IMG/VR virus record: IMGVR_UViG_3300042522_001545
Coordinates: 1-64,000 of that record
DNA length: 64,000 bases
From: an uncultured virus (IMG/VR IMGVR_UViG_3300042522_001545)
Lineage: Duplodnaviria > Heunggongvirae > Uroviricota > Caudoviricetes
Reading direction: 5' to 3' (one strand)
Shown here: positions 1 to 9,734 of the stretch, piece after piece
How the letters are laid out: every line of letters begins with the position of its first letter
Numbering within the stretch: position 1 is the first letter of the stretch
Position numbers and translations under genes: made by a program
The notes under the pieces: model-generated
Database searches by the model: none
What the model saw: the letters and a program-made list of their open reading frames with translations, nothing else
Told to the model about the DNA's origin: nothing

Positions 1-331
1 TGGTTGAAATGGCTAACTTGGTGTGATTCAGCTTATATAGATTGGATATATAATTCTCTACCAATGTTTCTATAGTCTCGTCCTCTTTTCTACCGTACTC
101 ATTTATTTGTTTGTGTAATAAGCATCTTATATCTATTTCGCCAGTACAAAAAATCCACCAGCCATTAATATCTATTTCTTTTCGTTCAAGCAAATAAACA
201 ATATATTCATTAAGCTTATCTGTTGTCAATGAATACATGGTAACTGGACCAAGAGTACATAATCTACAGTATGGTGAAAAAGCACCAACATGAGAATCTC
301 CAATAGCACTAATATTTGAAAATATTGGCAT
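1..331 (-). CDS. SGNH/GDSL-hydrolase-like protein, partial (runs off the window start)
   Basis: Manual translation MPIFSNISAIGDSHVGAF...FCTGEIDIRC; GDSH block I and GEIDxR motif; ATG 9 nt downstream of the stop of 340..1656. Confidence 0.6.
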   Translation of the reverse strand, partial: MPIFSNISAIGDSHVGAFSPYCRLCTLGPVTMYSLTTDKLNEYIVYLLERKEIDINGWWIFCTGEIDIRCLLHKQINEYGRKEDETIETLVENYISNLYKLNHTKLAIST

Positions 332-339
332 AAGACGTT

Positions 340-1656
340 TTACAGATACCCTACAATCGGTTCTGCCCATCCTTTTGATAAGCTATGAGGCCAAATCAAC
401 CAGCTTGTTGGAGTAACTTCTGTTTGAAACTCTCTCCACACCTTGCAATATCCATCTGGATCATTTTTAATACGTAGTATTTCGTCTTTATCTGCGTCCT
501 GCCTGTATATATCTCGACCTTCTTTATCTTTAAAAGCAACAGCCCAAAAATCATAATCATTTTCTGGTACTTGACCATATTGAATATCTATGCAATGCTT
601 GAATATCCTTAATAGTCTTTTATCAAAATCCTCATCGGGTAGATAGGATGTTTCTGGATCTGGTGGTGCTTGATGATCCTGTACTCTTTTTTGTATAGCT
701 CTTTTACCAAATGATAATCCACTATATTTTTCGTAATCTCTCAAAGATCTTACTGTGCCAAAACCATATTGGCCAAAATCTATATCTCTTTTTTCTCCAT
801 CCATTTCAAACAATTTTCTGTTTCGTAGATGACAGATATTATTCCTGTCTCCCCATTTTTTATCATCATCCCACTGCTTGGTTCTTCCCTTTCTGGTATA
901 TTCATGCCAACAAACAACCTTATGAGGATGGAATATATCATACCCATGAGTATATGCTCTAGCCGCAATACTAATTTCTTCACCATGAAAATAATATTGA
1001 GGATCGTGAGGAACCTCCTTACAAAATGCTCCTACGCTAAAAGCAAAATGAGCACTATAAAATCTGCCTGGAAGAGGTTTGGTTTTATCGTCCCAAGAAT
1101 CAAAAGAGGCAGGTAAAAAGAAAACTGCTCCTTCAGGAATGAATCTATCAAAATTCATTTTCCAAGGCTCTTGAACTCTGGATGCGGGATCATTGTCTGG
1201 ATCGAAGCTGGGTATATATGCTGTTATTAACGGTTTATTGTAGCCGTCTTTTTGTAAACCTTTTAGCATATCTATTAAGATTTCATCCCAGTCTTGAACG
1301 AATCTGTGGTGACTATCTAGTTGTAGAGTATATGTTTCTCCATTATATAGAGATTGAACTAAATTTCTAGCCCAGCAAACACCTTGACTATCTTTATAGT
1401 CTATGTTTATAGCTTTTATTCTTGGATCGTTTTCAAACTCTGCTAGGACATCCCATGTATCATCTGGAGAATGTTGCCAGCATATTCCAACAGTGATATT
1501 ATTTGGATTTTTTGCTTTACTAAACAAATCTCTCAAGGTTGGGAGGAGTTGAGGATCTCGATACGAAGCTATCTGAATAAAAATAGTCTCTACTTTATTA
1601 CTCTTTGTGGCTGTTTGAGTCTTGGCTTTAATTTTCTTTGCGTTCGTTCGCTTCAT
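340..1656 (-). CDS. GT60-like N-acetylglucosaminyltransferase (Skp1-hydroxyproline/polypeptide GlcNAc-T family)
   Basis: IFIQIASYRDP, GVCWAR, LQLDSHHRFVQDWD, FYSAHFAF, YFHGEEI...RAYTHGYD motifs. Confidence 0.8.
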   Translation of the reverse strand: MKRTNAKKIKAKTQTATKSNKVETIFIQIASYRDPQLLPTLRDLFSKAKNPNNITVGICWQHSPDDTWDVLAEFENDPRIKAINIDYKDSQGVCWARNLVQSLYNGETYTLQLDSHHRFVQDWDEILIDMLKGLQKDGYNKPLITAYIPSFDPDNDPASRVQEPWKMNFDRFIPEGAVFFLPASFDSWDDKTKPLPGRFYSAHFAFSVGAFCKEVPHDPQYYFHGEEISIAARAYTHGYDIFHPHKVVCWHEYTRKGRTKQWDDDKKWGDRNNICHLRNRKLFEMDGEKRDIDFGQYGFGTVRSLRDYEKYSGLSFGKRAIQKRVQDHQAPPDPETSYLPDEDFDKRLLRIFKHCIDIQYGQVPENDYDFWAVAFKDKEGRDIYRQDADKDEILRIKNDPDGYCKVWREFQTEVTPTSWLIWPHSLSKGWAEPIVGYL

Positions 1657-3289
1657 AAAAATGAACCCTATTATGTGTTATTGGACTAGCTAATAATATC
1701 GCTGGTTTAACTTTATTGTTAATTGTTAGAGTATATATGTGACTCATCCACGTTTGTTCAAAAGGATTTGACCATGTAGTATCTAAGAATAGTTTTTGGT
1801 TGCCTTCCTGATCTATTATATGGGGCCAATTTGAATAGTAAATCTCACCTTCTGCATAAGGTATGCCATTATAAGATTTTATGCAGGAGAACTTCGTTGG
1901 GGGTTTTTTCTTTGCGTCTCCAAAATATTTTACTCGTAATTCTGAAGGAACATTATGCCAACTCCACTGTTCTCCGTTATGTCCATAAAATTCGCTAAAG
2001 CTAAATTTCAAAAAATCATACTCTTCATTGTCCATTATACGAATAAGACTACTTAATAAATTAGGTGTCGATTTTTTAAAACCAAAATTACAATTAGATA
2101 TAGAATAATCTAACAACATATCGTCCTCAAAAAAGATCATGTATTTAGAACCAAGGTCTGCGAAATGTTCAGCAGCAAATTGTCTAGCTCGACAAACTCC
2201 TAAATTTCCTTTTTTAATCTGCTCTGAAAATCCGTATTTTTCGCAAATGGCATCATACTTACTGAAGAGATCTTCTTTTGTGCTATTGTTTATTAGAATC
2301 TTTTTTGTTTGAGTAATAAATGAGTTATCATGTAGTTCAAAACTATCCAAGACCATTTGTAATTGTTCTGGAGAATTAAAAGCATTAATGTATAATACTG
2401 TTTCGTTATTTGAATGCTTTTTTCTAGGATTGTTTTTTGCTATTTCTTCTATAACTGTTTGATTATTTTTTACTTTTTCAAAAAATGTTGACAATAAACC
2501 ATCATGATTAATTGTTTCATGTTGATACATTTCTGGTTGCAAATATGTCATTAGGGTAAATATGCTTTCTTCAGTACCCATGAGACCGTTATTGAGAGAA
2601 TCATTCAATAGACTATAATACAGATTATTAGCTTCAGATATATAATCAATGTGTCCACCAAAAAATCCTCCTCTAGCAACCCTATTAACCTCTTCTGATT
2701 TAGCGTATTCTCTCATTTTTCTTATGTCGAATCCATGGATTTCTGATTCTGTTTCATAAGGAAAACACACAAAGAGGAATTTTTTAGTGATATCTTGTAT
2801 TTTTTCTATTACTTTGTCGTGGCTAAAGTATCCTGGGTGAACAGTATTGGATATTCCACCATCAAGCCAATACATGTACTCACTACTAAATGGATTAAAT
2901 ACTTTTGCATTGTGCAATAGGAACATCTTGCTCATTACCATGGGGTTGTATAATGGCAATTTCGCTTGAGTGCTATCTCTTAACCAGCCAGCTTGAGATA
3001 ACCAGTCTTCATTTGTCCTTATTTTTTCCACTTGATTGCGAAAAGGGAAAAAATTATTATCAAAATCCTTAGCAGAATGATGATAAACAGCTGTGTTGTC
3101 TCTGCTTCTGTATTTCCATACTATATCTTCGTGTTCTTTATCTATAAAAACTATAGTAGGAATATCTTTAATATTATTTAGCAGAACAGAGAAGTTGTTT
3201 CTGTAGCGATCAAAAGACCTGCTCCATCCGTCGCCTAGCGAACCTCTGCCCAAATCCCATATTCCTGTAACGATGGTAGATTTGAGCAT
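1628..3289 (-). CDS. Two-domain glycosyltransferase: WlaTC/HtrL-like N-domain plus GT-A C-domain
   Basis: TIVTGIWDLGR, MMSKMFLL, YWLDGG, GGFFGG, MGTEESI (HtrL-like); FFEDD DxD motif in the C-terminal half. Confidence 0.65.
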   Translation of the reverse strand: MLKSTIVTGIWDLGRGSLGDGWSRSFDRYRNNFSVLLNNIKDIPTIVFIDKEHEDIVWKYRSRDNTAVYHHSAKDFDNNFFPFRNQVEKIRTNEDWLSQAGWLRDSTQAKLPLYNPMVMSKMFLLHNAKVFNPFSSEYMYWLDGGISNTVHPGYFSHDKVIEKIQDITKKFLFVCFPYETESEIHGFDIRKMREYAKSEEVNRVARGGFFGGHIDYISEANNLYYSLLNDSLNNGLMGTEESIFTLMTYLQPEMYQHETINHDGLLSTFFEKVKNNQTVIEEIAKNNPRKKHSNNETVLYINAFNSPEQLQMVLDSFELHDNSFITQTKKILINNSTKEDLFSKYDAICEKYGFSEQIKKGNLGVCRARQFAAEHFADLGSKYMIFFEDDMLLDYSISNCNFGFKKSTPNLLSSLIRIMDNEEYDFLKFSFSEFYGHNGEQWSWHNVPSELRVKYFGDAKKKPPTKFSCIKSYNGIPYAEGEIYYSNWPHIIDQEGNQKLFLDTTWSNPFEQTWMSHIYTLTINNKVKPAILLASPITHNRVHFYEANERKEN

Positions 3290-3343
3290 GGATGATAGAG
3301 GGTATTGTATCTAAAGAGTATATTATATCCACCGACCTGCATA

Positions 3344-3372
3344 ATAGTAATTCTCTTCTCTCGTTGGGTCAA
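3344..3372 (-). promoter_or_regulatory. sigma70-type promoter TTGACC-N17-TACTAT for the leftward GT operon
   Basis: Minus strand -35 at 3372-3367, 17 nt spacer, -10 at 3349-3344, about 55 nt upstream of the ATG at 3289. Confidence 0.6.
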
Positions 3373-3396
3373 GATAAAAAAATCCTAAAGAGTCTA

Positions 3397-3424
3397 TTGA
3401 CATCAAACTTTTTTGAGCTACTAT
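3397..3424 (+). promoter_or_regulatory. sigma70-type promoter TTGACA-N16-TACTAT for the rightward operon
   Basis: Perfect -35 at 3397-3402, TACTAT at 3419-3424, upstream of the ATG at 3456. Confidence 0.55.
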
Positions 3425-3455
3425 ACAAAAGATACTTTTGGCGACTATAATTTCA

Positions 3456-3650
3456 ATGAAACCAAACAACGAATTTCCAGAAAAAGACCGAAAACTCGAT
3501 AGAAGAGATAAAATCAAAAAGAAGCGTAACAAACAACGTTACGATGATGGTGATTTTTCTCCTAAAGATATAAATAAACAGGTTAAAAAACACAAAGAAG
3601 ATCTCCAAGACGAAGAATGGGAAGACTGGGATAGATACTACAATCATTAA
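3456..3650 (+). CDS. Hypothetical small charged protein
   Basis: First ORF after the promoter; basic middle and acidic aromatic C-terminus (DEEWEDWDRYYNH); ATG at 3456 preferred to TTG at 3438. Confidence 0.6.
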   Translation: MKPNNEFPEKDRKLDRRDKIKKKRNKQRYDDGDFSPKDINKQVKKHKEDLQDEEWEDWDRYYNH

Positions 3651-3655
3651 TTAAT

Positions 3656-3907
3656 ATGAAATACTTAGAAGAATTATTAATTGGTGATTGCTATCAGCAC
3701 AATGGATGCCAATATGTAGTCACCACAGACTACAAGAAAAATGGCTCTCGTTTATGTGTTTCTCTTATTGATGGAACAACAAAATGGATGTTGCCTGATC
3801 TTATAATAGAACAAATTGATCTTTTTACAGTAGATAAAGATTCAAATATTGTTGCCATTAAAGAAAGGAAGAAGGATGTTCCTAATCAGACTACAGATCT
3901 TCATTAA
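3656..3907 (+). CDS. Hypothetical protein
   Basis: 83 aa ORF in operon context. Confidence 0.6.
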   Translation: MKYLEELLIGDCYQHNGCQYVVTTDYKKNGSRLCVSLIDGTTKWMLPDLIIEQIDLFTVDKDSNIVAIKERKKDVPNQTTDLH

Positions 3908-4127
3908 GTCCTTATGGTTTCATATTTATGGAGGATTCCCAAAGTCCACACAAAAAGAAATACTAGACAGATACCACGTATGTGAAACATGTGAAGAATT
4001 CAATGCAAACAAAGAACAGTGCAATGTATGTGGATGTTATTTGAGTAAGAAGAAGAAATTCTTAAATAAACTAGCATGGGCTGATCAAGAATGCCCTATT
4101 GGCAAATGGCCAAAAATTCAAAGGTGA
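3876..4127 (+). CDS. Small Cys-rich metal-binding protein (DUF6171-like)
   Basis: RxxxCxxC...QCxxCGC...K...CPIGKW pattern. Confidence 0.65.
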   Translation: MFLIRLQIFIKSLWFHIYGGFPKSTQKEILDRYHVCETCEEFNANKEQCNVCGCYLSKKKKFLNKLAWADQECPIGKWPKIQR

Positions 4128-4131
4128 TCAA

Positions 4132-4713
4132 ATGTCAATAAAAATAAATAAACTATTACCCAACTACAGATTTTCTAATCAAAATCTTTTTGAATCTATC
4201 AGAGAAAGAGTAAGTTCCGGCAATAATGGATCTACGGTATTTGTTCCTCATGTGTGTAATAATATAGATCTATTCGGTGCTGGATTTGCCGCTCAGTTAG
4301 CTGAAAAATATCCTTCAGTTAAACAAGACTATCACTTGCTAGGCAAGCACTTTTTGCGTAACAATTTTGGATATAGCCAAATACTAAAAGTCTATGAAGA
4401 CAATAAATTTAAGCATAAACTATTTTTTGTTAATATGATAGCTCAAAATGGAGTTAAAGGGACTAACAATATCAGACCTTTAAACTATTTGGCATTAGTT
4501 AAGTCAATGAATACTTTATCTCAATATATTAAATCTAATACGGGATTCTCTAATAAAAGCGAAAAGATAGAAATACATTGTCCTAAATTTGGTAGCGGAC
4601 TAGCTGGTGGTAATTGGCAGTTCGTTTCTGATTTAATTGATGATATTTGGGGACAGTTTGATGTTATTGTGTATAACTATCCTCCTAAAACAAATAATAA
4701 GTTAAATGACTAA
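4132..4713 (+). CDS. Macro domain (Appr-1-p / Poa1p-like ADP-ribose-processing) protein
   Basis: HVCNN...FGAGFAAQLAEKYP and PKFGSGLAGGNW motifs. Confidence 0.8.
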   Translation: MSIKINKLLPNYRFSNQNLFESIRERVSSGNNGSTVFVPHVCNNIDLFGAGFAAQLAEKYPSVKQDYHLLGKHFLRNNFGYSQILKVYEDNKFKHKLFFVNMIAQNGVKGTNNIRPLNYLALVKSMNTLSQYIKSNTGFSNKSEKIEIHCPKFGSGLAGGNWQFVSDLIDDIWGQFDVIVYNYPPKTNNKLND

Positions 4714-5362
4714 TAAATGTATTGCTTTTAGCTTATGGGGAAATAATCCAAAATATAATGTTGGAGCTATTAAAAATGCAAAACTAGCTTCAATAATATA
4801 TCCAGAATGGAAATGTGTATTCTTCATAAGCGACTCATCTGTTCCAGAACAAACAAAAATAGAACTAGAACAATTTGATCATGTGATTGTAAAAACAATG
4901 AATGGATCAGATTCGTGGTCCAATCTGTTCTGGAGATTTCAAACTTGTTTTGATCCCGAATTTGATGTTTGTGTATTCAGAGATACTGATAGTCGTCTTA
5001 GTATGAGAGAAAAATATGCTGTTGACTATTGGCTAAAGCAAAATAAAACCATTCACATAATGAGGGATCATCCTCATCACGGATATCCCATTTTGGGAGG
5101 AATGTGGGGATACAAAAAAAACGATACATATAACATAGAAGAACTTCTTAAAAATTATGTCAGCAAAGATAAATATGGAACTGATTATGAATTTTTAGGC
5201 AACACTCTATATCCACTCATACAAAACGATAAAGTTGTTCATGATGAGTTTTTTGACAAAAAACCTTTTCCTACTATGAGACAAGGTACTGAATTTGTCG
5301 GAGACGTTTACGACGAGAATGATATAAGACATCCAGAATTCTATAAATTTATACCCTTATGA
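4706..5362 (+). CDS. Putative GT-A glycosyltransferase
   Basis: FSLWGNNPKY, FWRF, FRDTDSR (DxD), HIMRDHPHH, ILGGMWG, YGTD motifs. Confidence 0.6.
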   Translation: MTNKCIAFSLWGNNPKYNVGAIKNAKLASIIYPEWKCVFFISDSSVPEQTKIELEQFDHVIVKTMNGSDSWSNLFWRFQTCFDPEFDVCVFRDTDSRLSMREKYAVDYWLKQNKTIHIMRDHPHHGYPILGGMWGYKKNDTYNIEELLKNYVSKDKYGTDYEFLGNTLYPLIQNDKVVHDEFFDKKPFPTMRQGTEFVGDVYDENDIRHPEFYKFIPL

Positions 5363-6459
5363 AATTTGATTTTTTAATTATTGGAGCTGGCATATATGGT
5401 TCAGTATGTGCTAGAGAACTAAGTGACGCAGGATACTCTTGTCTGGTGATAGACAAACGAGATCACATAGGAGGGAACTGCTATACCTATAAACAAAATA
5501 ATATAGATGTCCATAAATATGGCGCACATATCTTTCATACCTCTAATAAAAAAATATGGGATTATGTAAATAGATTTATTGAATTCAACAACTACAAACA
5601 TCATGTGGTAGCTAATTACAATAATGAAATCTACTCTTTGCCCTTCAATATGTGGACTTTTAACAAGTTTTGGGGTGCCACAACTCCAGAACAAGCTAGA
5701 TCAATCATAGATAGTCAAAAATTTATCGGAAATCCTTCAAATCTAGAAGAACAAGCGTTGTCTATGGTTGGTTTCGATATATACGAAAAATTAATAAAAG
5801 GGTACACTATTAAGCAGTGGATGACAGAACCTAAGAATCTGCCATCAGATATTATAACTAGACTACCTTTAAGATTTACATACGATAACAACTATTTTCA
5901 TGATACATATCAAGGCATTCCTAAAAATGGTTATACAGAATTATTTGAAAAATTATTAGATGGATCTACTGTAGAACTAAATGTCGATTACTTTGACAGA
6001 AGAAACTATTACGACAATATCTCAAAATACATAATATATACAGGATCAGTAGATAAGTTCTATAATTTAGAATTCGGTATGCTAGACTATCGACCTCTTT
6101 ATTTTGAACATAAAATATTAGAAACAAATAATTATCAAGGTCATAGTGTTATTAACTATACTGATCAAAATATACCATATACTAGAATTATTGAACACAA
6201 ACACTTTAATCTTACTGCAAATAATAACGAAAGTAATACTATTATTAGCAAAGAGTATCCTATAAAATGGACAGGGTCAGAAGAGCCGATATACCCAGTT
6301 AATAACAAAGAGAATAACGAAAAATATAGTAAATACATAAAACTAAACCAAACAAATAACAGAGTGTTCTTTGGAGGAAGACTAGCAGAGTATAGATACT
6401 ATGATATGCATCAAGTTATAGGTTCAGCATTATCTAGAATAAAAGAGATCATAAGATGA
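5359..6459 (+). CDS. glf: UDP-galactopyranose mutase
   Basis: GAGIYG FAD motif, HIGGNCY, HKYGAHIFHT, YQGIP, YTRIIEHKHF, GRLAEYRYYDMHQ. Confidence 0.95.
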   Translation: MKFDFLIIGAGIYGSVCARELSDAGYSCLVIDKRDHIGGNCYTYKQNNIDVHKYGAHIFHTSNKKIWDYVNRFIEFNNYKHHVVANYNNEIYSLPFNMWTFNKFWGATTPEQARSIIDSQKFIGNPSNLEEQALSMVGFDIYEKLIKGYTIKQWMTEPKNLPSDIITRLPLRFTYDNNYFHDTYQGIPKNGYTELFEKLLDGSTVELNVDYFDRRNYYDNISKYIIYTGSVDKFYNLEFGMLDYRPLYFEHKILETNNYQGHSVINYTDQNIPYTRIIEHKHFNLTANNNESNTIISKEYPIKWTGSEEPIYPVNNKENNEKYSKYIKLNQTNNRVFFGGRLAEYRYYDMHQVIGSALSRIKEIIR

Positions 6460-7217
6460 AACACGTTATTATAACCCAAGCAAGAAATTTGTCAATTAGA
6501 CTAGAAAATTGGATAGCATATCATGCTAGTCAAGGTATTAATTGTTTAATATTTTTTGATGATTTTTCTGTTGACTCTTCCAAAAAAAGAATAATAGAGA
6601 TATGTAATAAATACGGCATCGATTTAGAGCTACTTGCTACAGACGGTAAAGGACAAATGTTCGACACGACAGATTCTGAGCTATATGGTCACAGTGTTAG
6701 CTGTAACTACAGAATAGTTCGCTCTCTATCTAGGGGCTTAGACATAGCAAATATAAAATATGGACAATGTATATGTTATTTAATAGACGTAGACGAGTAT
6801 GTGGTATCTGATATGGATTCTAATATCTCAGATATTGTAGAAAATATGATGGAAACAAAAAAAATCGACAGAATCTATTGCCACTCTTTTGATGTTGACA
6901 ATAAGTATACGCTTTCAAACTGGATCACAAATCAACCAGCTTCATGTTCAAGATGGGACTATGAATCCAGAAATCAAACAAAATTTAAAAACCGAGGCAA
7001 GAGTATATGCAAGTCAGATTATGCAAAAACTCCTCTAATACAGCACGGAGGGGTTGTTCATGATCTGGGGTATGTCGTAGACGAATCAGAACATGCTCAT
7101 GACTACTCAGTGCTTAGAATGCATCATTTTAGAATACCTCCATTGATTGATTCAGAGAAACAAATAACCTTTATAGAAGACAAAACTTTGTATAACAAAA
7201 CTATCGGAATGTCATGA
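6456..7217 (+). CDS. GT-A glycosyltransferase (GT92/Glyco_tranf_2_4-like)
   Basis: LENWIAYH, FFDDFSVD, IDVDEY, KSI, HHF motifs. Confidence 0.65.
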   Translation: MKHVIITQARNLSIRLENWIAYHASQGINCLIFFDDFSVDSSKKRIIEICNKYGIDLELLATDGKGQMFDTTDSELYGHSVSCNYRIVRSLSRGLDIANIKYGQCICYLIDVDEYVVSDMDSNISDIVENMMETKKIDRIYCHSFDVDNKYTLSNWITNQPASCSRWDYESRNQTKFKNRGKSICKSDYAKTPLIQHGGVVHDLGYVVDESEHAHDYSVLRMHHFRIPPLIDSEKQITFIEDKTLYNKTIGMS

Positions 7218-7852
7218 AAAATATACTATACTGTATCATACATACTCAACACCAAAATAATAGAATCAAGAACATTACCAATACATGGGGCAAAAATAAT
7301 TCAGTTATTTTTTATTCAGATCACGACGACTCGTCAAATAATTGCTATAAAGTTTGTGAACGGTCTGATTATTCGTCTGGGCAACTTAAACAAATCAATG
7401 TATTTAATCTATTATTAAATCAATTCAATAACTATGAATGGTATTTTTTTTGTGATAATGATACTTTTGTGAATACTACAAATTTAGACAATTACGTCAT
7501 CAATGCTGAACACAACCACATTCATGGAGAAATCATAAATACTTGGCCCCAAGATACTACTTTGTACTATCCGTCAGGGGGCGCAGGGTATTTGATGCAT
7601 AACAGTATTCTACAAAACATGATTAATATATCCTATAACAATACCCAATATGGTGATGTTTCTATTGGAATTAATTTTAGAAATAAAAAGATACCTCTTA
7701 AACATAATAATCTCTTTAAGGGTCAATTACCTGAGTTTTATGGACTAACTTATGACAGAATAAGTGAATATATGACATTTCATTATGTCACAAGCTATGA
7801 TACTATGGAAAAACTATATTTAAATTCTAAAAATCAAAAAGACTTAATATAA
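7214..7852 (+). CDS. GT31 Fringe/galactosyltransferase-like glycosyltransferase
   Basis: TWGK, WYFFCDNDTFVN, YPSGGAGYLM, GDVSIG, TFHY motifs. Confidence 0.75.
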   Translation: MKNILYCIIHTQHQNNRIKNITNTWGKNNSVIFYSDHDDSSNNCYKVCERSDYSSGQLKQINVFNLLLNQFNNYEWYFFCDNDTFVNTTNLDNYVINAEHNHIHGEIINTWPQDTTLYYPSGGAGYLMHNSILQNMINISYNNTQYGDVSIGINFRNKKIPLKHNNLFKGQLPEFYGLTYDRISEYMTFHYVTSYDTMEKLYLNSKNQKDLI

Positions 7853-8505
7853 TGTATATATATCATCATCTTGGGCTTGGGGACCATATATCTTGTCATG
7901 GAATAGTTCGACATTACTGCGAACAGAACGATAAGGTTTCTTTATTTGTTAAACCACACAATAAAGACAATGTTCAATATATGTATAACGATATAACTAA
8001 TTTAGAATTAATAGTTGGTGATGACGAGTATGTTCAAAATTTTATACAAAAGAATCGACTAAAAGACGTTTTATACATTGGATTCCAGCTTCATGCAAGA
8101 GAAAATTTTATTGCTCAATTTTATAAAATGGCAAGTGTTCCTATTGAATATGAGTATCAAAAATTTTATATCAACAGAAATTTAGCTAACGAAAAAAAAT
8201 TGTTTGATTCTTTGAACATCAAAGAGAATGAATATATATTCGTTCATGATCATAGTATAGCCAAGTCCCCATATATTATCCATCATGATCTTCCTTTAAT
8301 CGCACCAACTCACGGTAAGTTTTTTGACTGGATCTATACTATTCTTAATGCAAAAGAGATTCATTGCATAGACTCTTCTTTCATCTGTTTGGTAGACTTA
8401 TTGGATACTAAAGACACTCCCATATTCCATCATAGATATATTAAAAAATATCCTAGTCACATAAATCTAATGTCTAAACCTCACAAATTCTGGAATACAA
8501 TATAA
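7852..8505 (+). CDS. Putative GT-B (GT9-like) glycosyltransferase
   Basis: HHLGLGD N-terminal motif and IHCIDSSF C-terminal motif. Confidence 0.5.
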   Translation: MYIYHHLGLGDHISCHGIVRHYCEQNDKVSLFVKPHNKDNVQYMYNDITNLELIVGDDEYVQNFIQKNRLKDVLYIGFQLHARENFIAQFYKMASVPIEYEYQKFYINRNLANEKKLFDSLNIKENEYIFVHDHSIAKSPYIIHHDLPLIAPTHGKFFDWIYTILNAKEIHCIDSSFICLVDLLDTKDTPIFHHRYIKKYPSHINLMSKPHKFWNTI

Positions 8506-9413
8506 TGACATTTAATGCTATGCTTGTTGGTGCTGGACGCAGAGTATCCTTAGCTGAGAGATTTATAGATAATGGATTCAATATTATCTCATACGAAACT
8601 AGCAAAGATGTTCCATTGTCAAAAATATGTAAAATAATTATAGGTTTGTCATGGAAAGATCCTAACGTTCAACAAGATATTCTAGAAACAGCTATTAAAA
8701 ATAATGTTAAACTTATAGTACCACTACAAGACGAAGCCGTTTGTATACTATCACAAATAGAACAAAAAAACAAATCAAATACTGATGTAGTATTTCTAAA
8801 CTCTAACTCTGAAACATCACATACTTGTTTTAATAAAAAACTATTTGCTGATTTTATAACAAAATATTTTCCAGAACTATATCCTTTTCCTGATAGTTTT
8901 CCTTTGATATGCAAGCCTGTTTTTGGATTTTCTTCTAATAATATTACTACTATAAATAGTGTCAATGAAAGTATGTCCATAGATAGCAACAAATTTATCT
9001 TACAAAAACAAATTTTCGGTAAAGAATATTCAGTAGATTGTTATTTTGACAAAACTAATAAGTTTATAGATGCGGTTACTAGAGAAAGAATACGAGTTGC
9101 TGGTGGAGAGGTATTGACTTCAAGAACATCTCATAAAGACATTCTGTATGATTACTCAAAACTTATTGGAGAAAAATTAAAAATAAGGGGCCCAGCTTGC
9201 TTTCAATACATTATTGACAACAACGATCAACCATTTATTATTGAAGTAAATGCAAGGTTTGGCGGAGGTACTGTTTTATCTATGGAGTCTGGACTAGACA
9301 TCATAAGTCTGATAAAAAAAGATTATTTTAATTATGATTTTAACTACCAGCCTAAATCTTGGACCAATAACTTATTGATGGAAAGATACTACAAAGAGAC
9401 ATTCTTTAATTAA
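8505..9413 (+). CDS. ATP-grasp ligase (polysaccharide-cluster type)
   Basis: GAGRRVSL, KPVFGFSS, GKEYSVD, IIEVNARFGGG. Confidence 0.85.
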   Translation: MTFNAMLVGAGRRVSLAERFIDNGFNIISYETSKDVPLSKICKIIIGLSWKDPNVQQDILETAIKNNVKLIVPLQDEAVCILSQIEQKNKSNTDVVFLNSNSETSHTCFNKKLFADFITKYFPELYPFPDSFPLICKPVFGFSSNNITTINSVNESMSIDSNKFILQKQIFGKEYSVDCYFDKTNKFIDAVTRERIRVAGGEVLTSRTSHKDILYDYSKLIGEKLKIRGPACFQYIIDNNDQPFIIEVNARFGGGTVLSMESGLDIISLIKKDYFNYDFNYQPKSWTNNLLMERYYKETFFN

Positions 9414-9416
9414 TGT

Positions 9417-9734
9417 ATGAGAGAAACGCATAAAAATCTTATCATAGACATGGATGGTACTATCTGTACTGAAGAAAAAACCTTCAACAAGTATCTTGCT
9501 ACTCCACAAAAAAATGCTATTAAGAGTATCAATAATCTATACTATCAAAATTATCACATAACAATATATACTGCTAGAGGTTGGGCTGAATATAAGATGA
9601 CTGAACATTGGTTAAAGTCCCATGATATCAAATATGATTTATTAATTTGCGGTAAGCCCATATATGATTATTGGATCGACGATAAGGCTTTGAGTTATGG
9701 TACATGGGATAATATCATGAAAGAAATTAAATGA
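9417..9734 (+). CDS. HAD-family phosphatase (capsule-biosynthesis type)
   Basis: DMDGTIC, IYTARG, GKP, WIDDKA. Confidence 0.85.
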   Translation: MRETHKNLIIDMDGTICTEEKTFNKYLATPQKNAIKSINNLYYQNYHITIYTARGWAEYKMTEHWLKSHDIKYDLLICGKPIYDYWIDDKALSYGTWDNIMKEIK

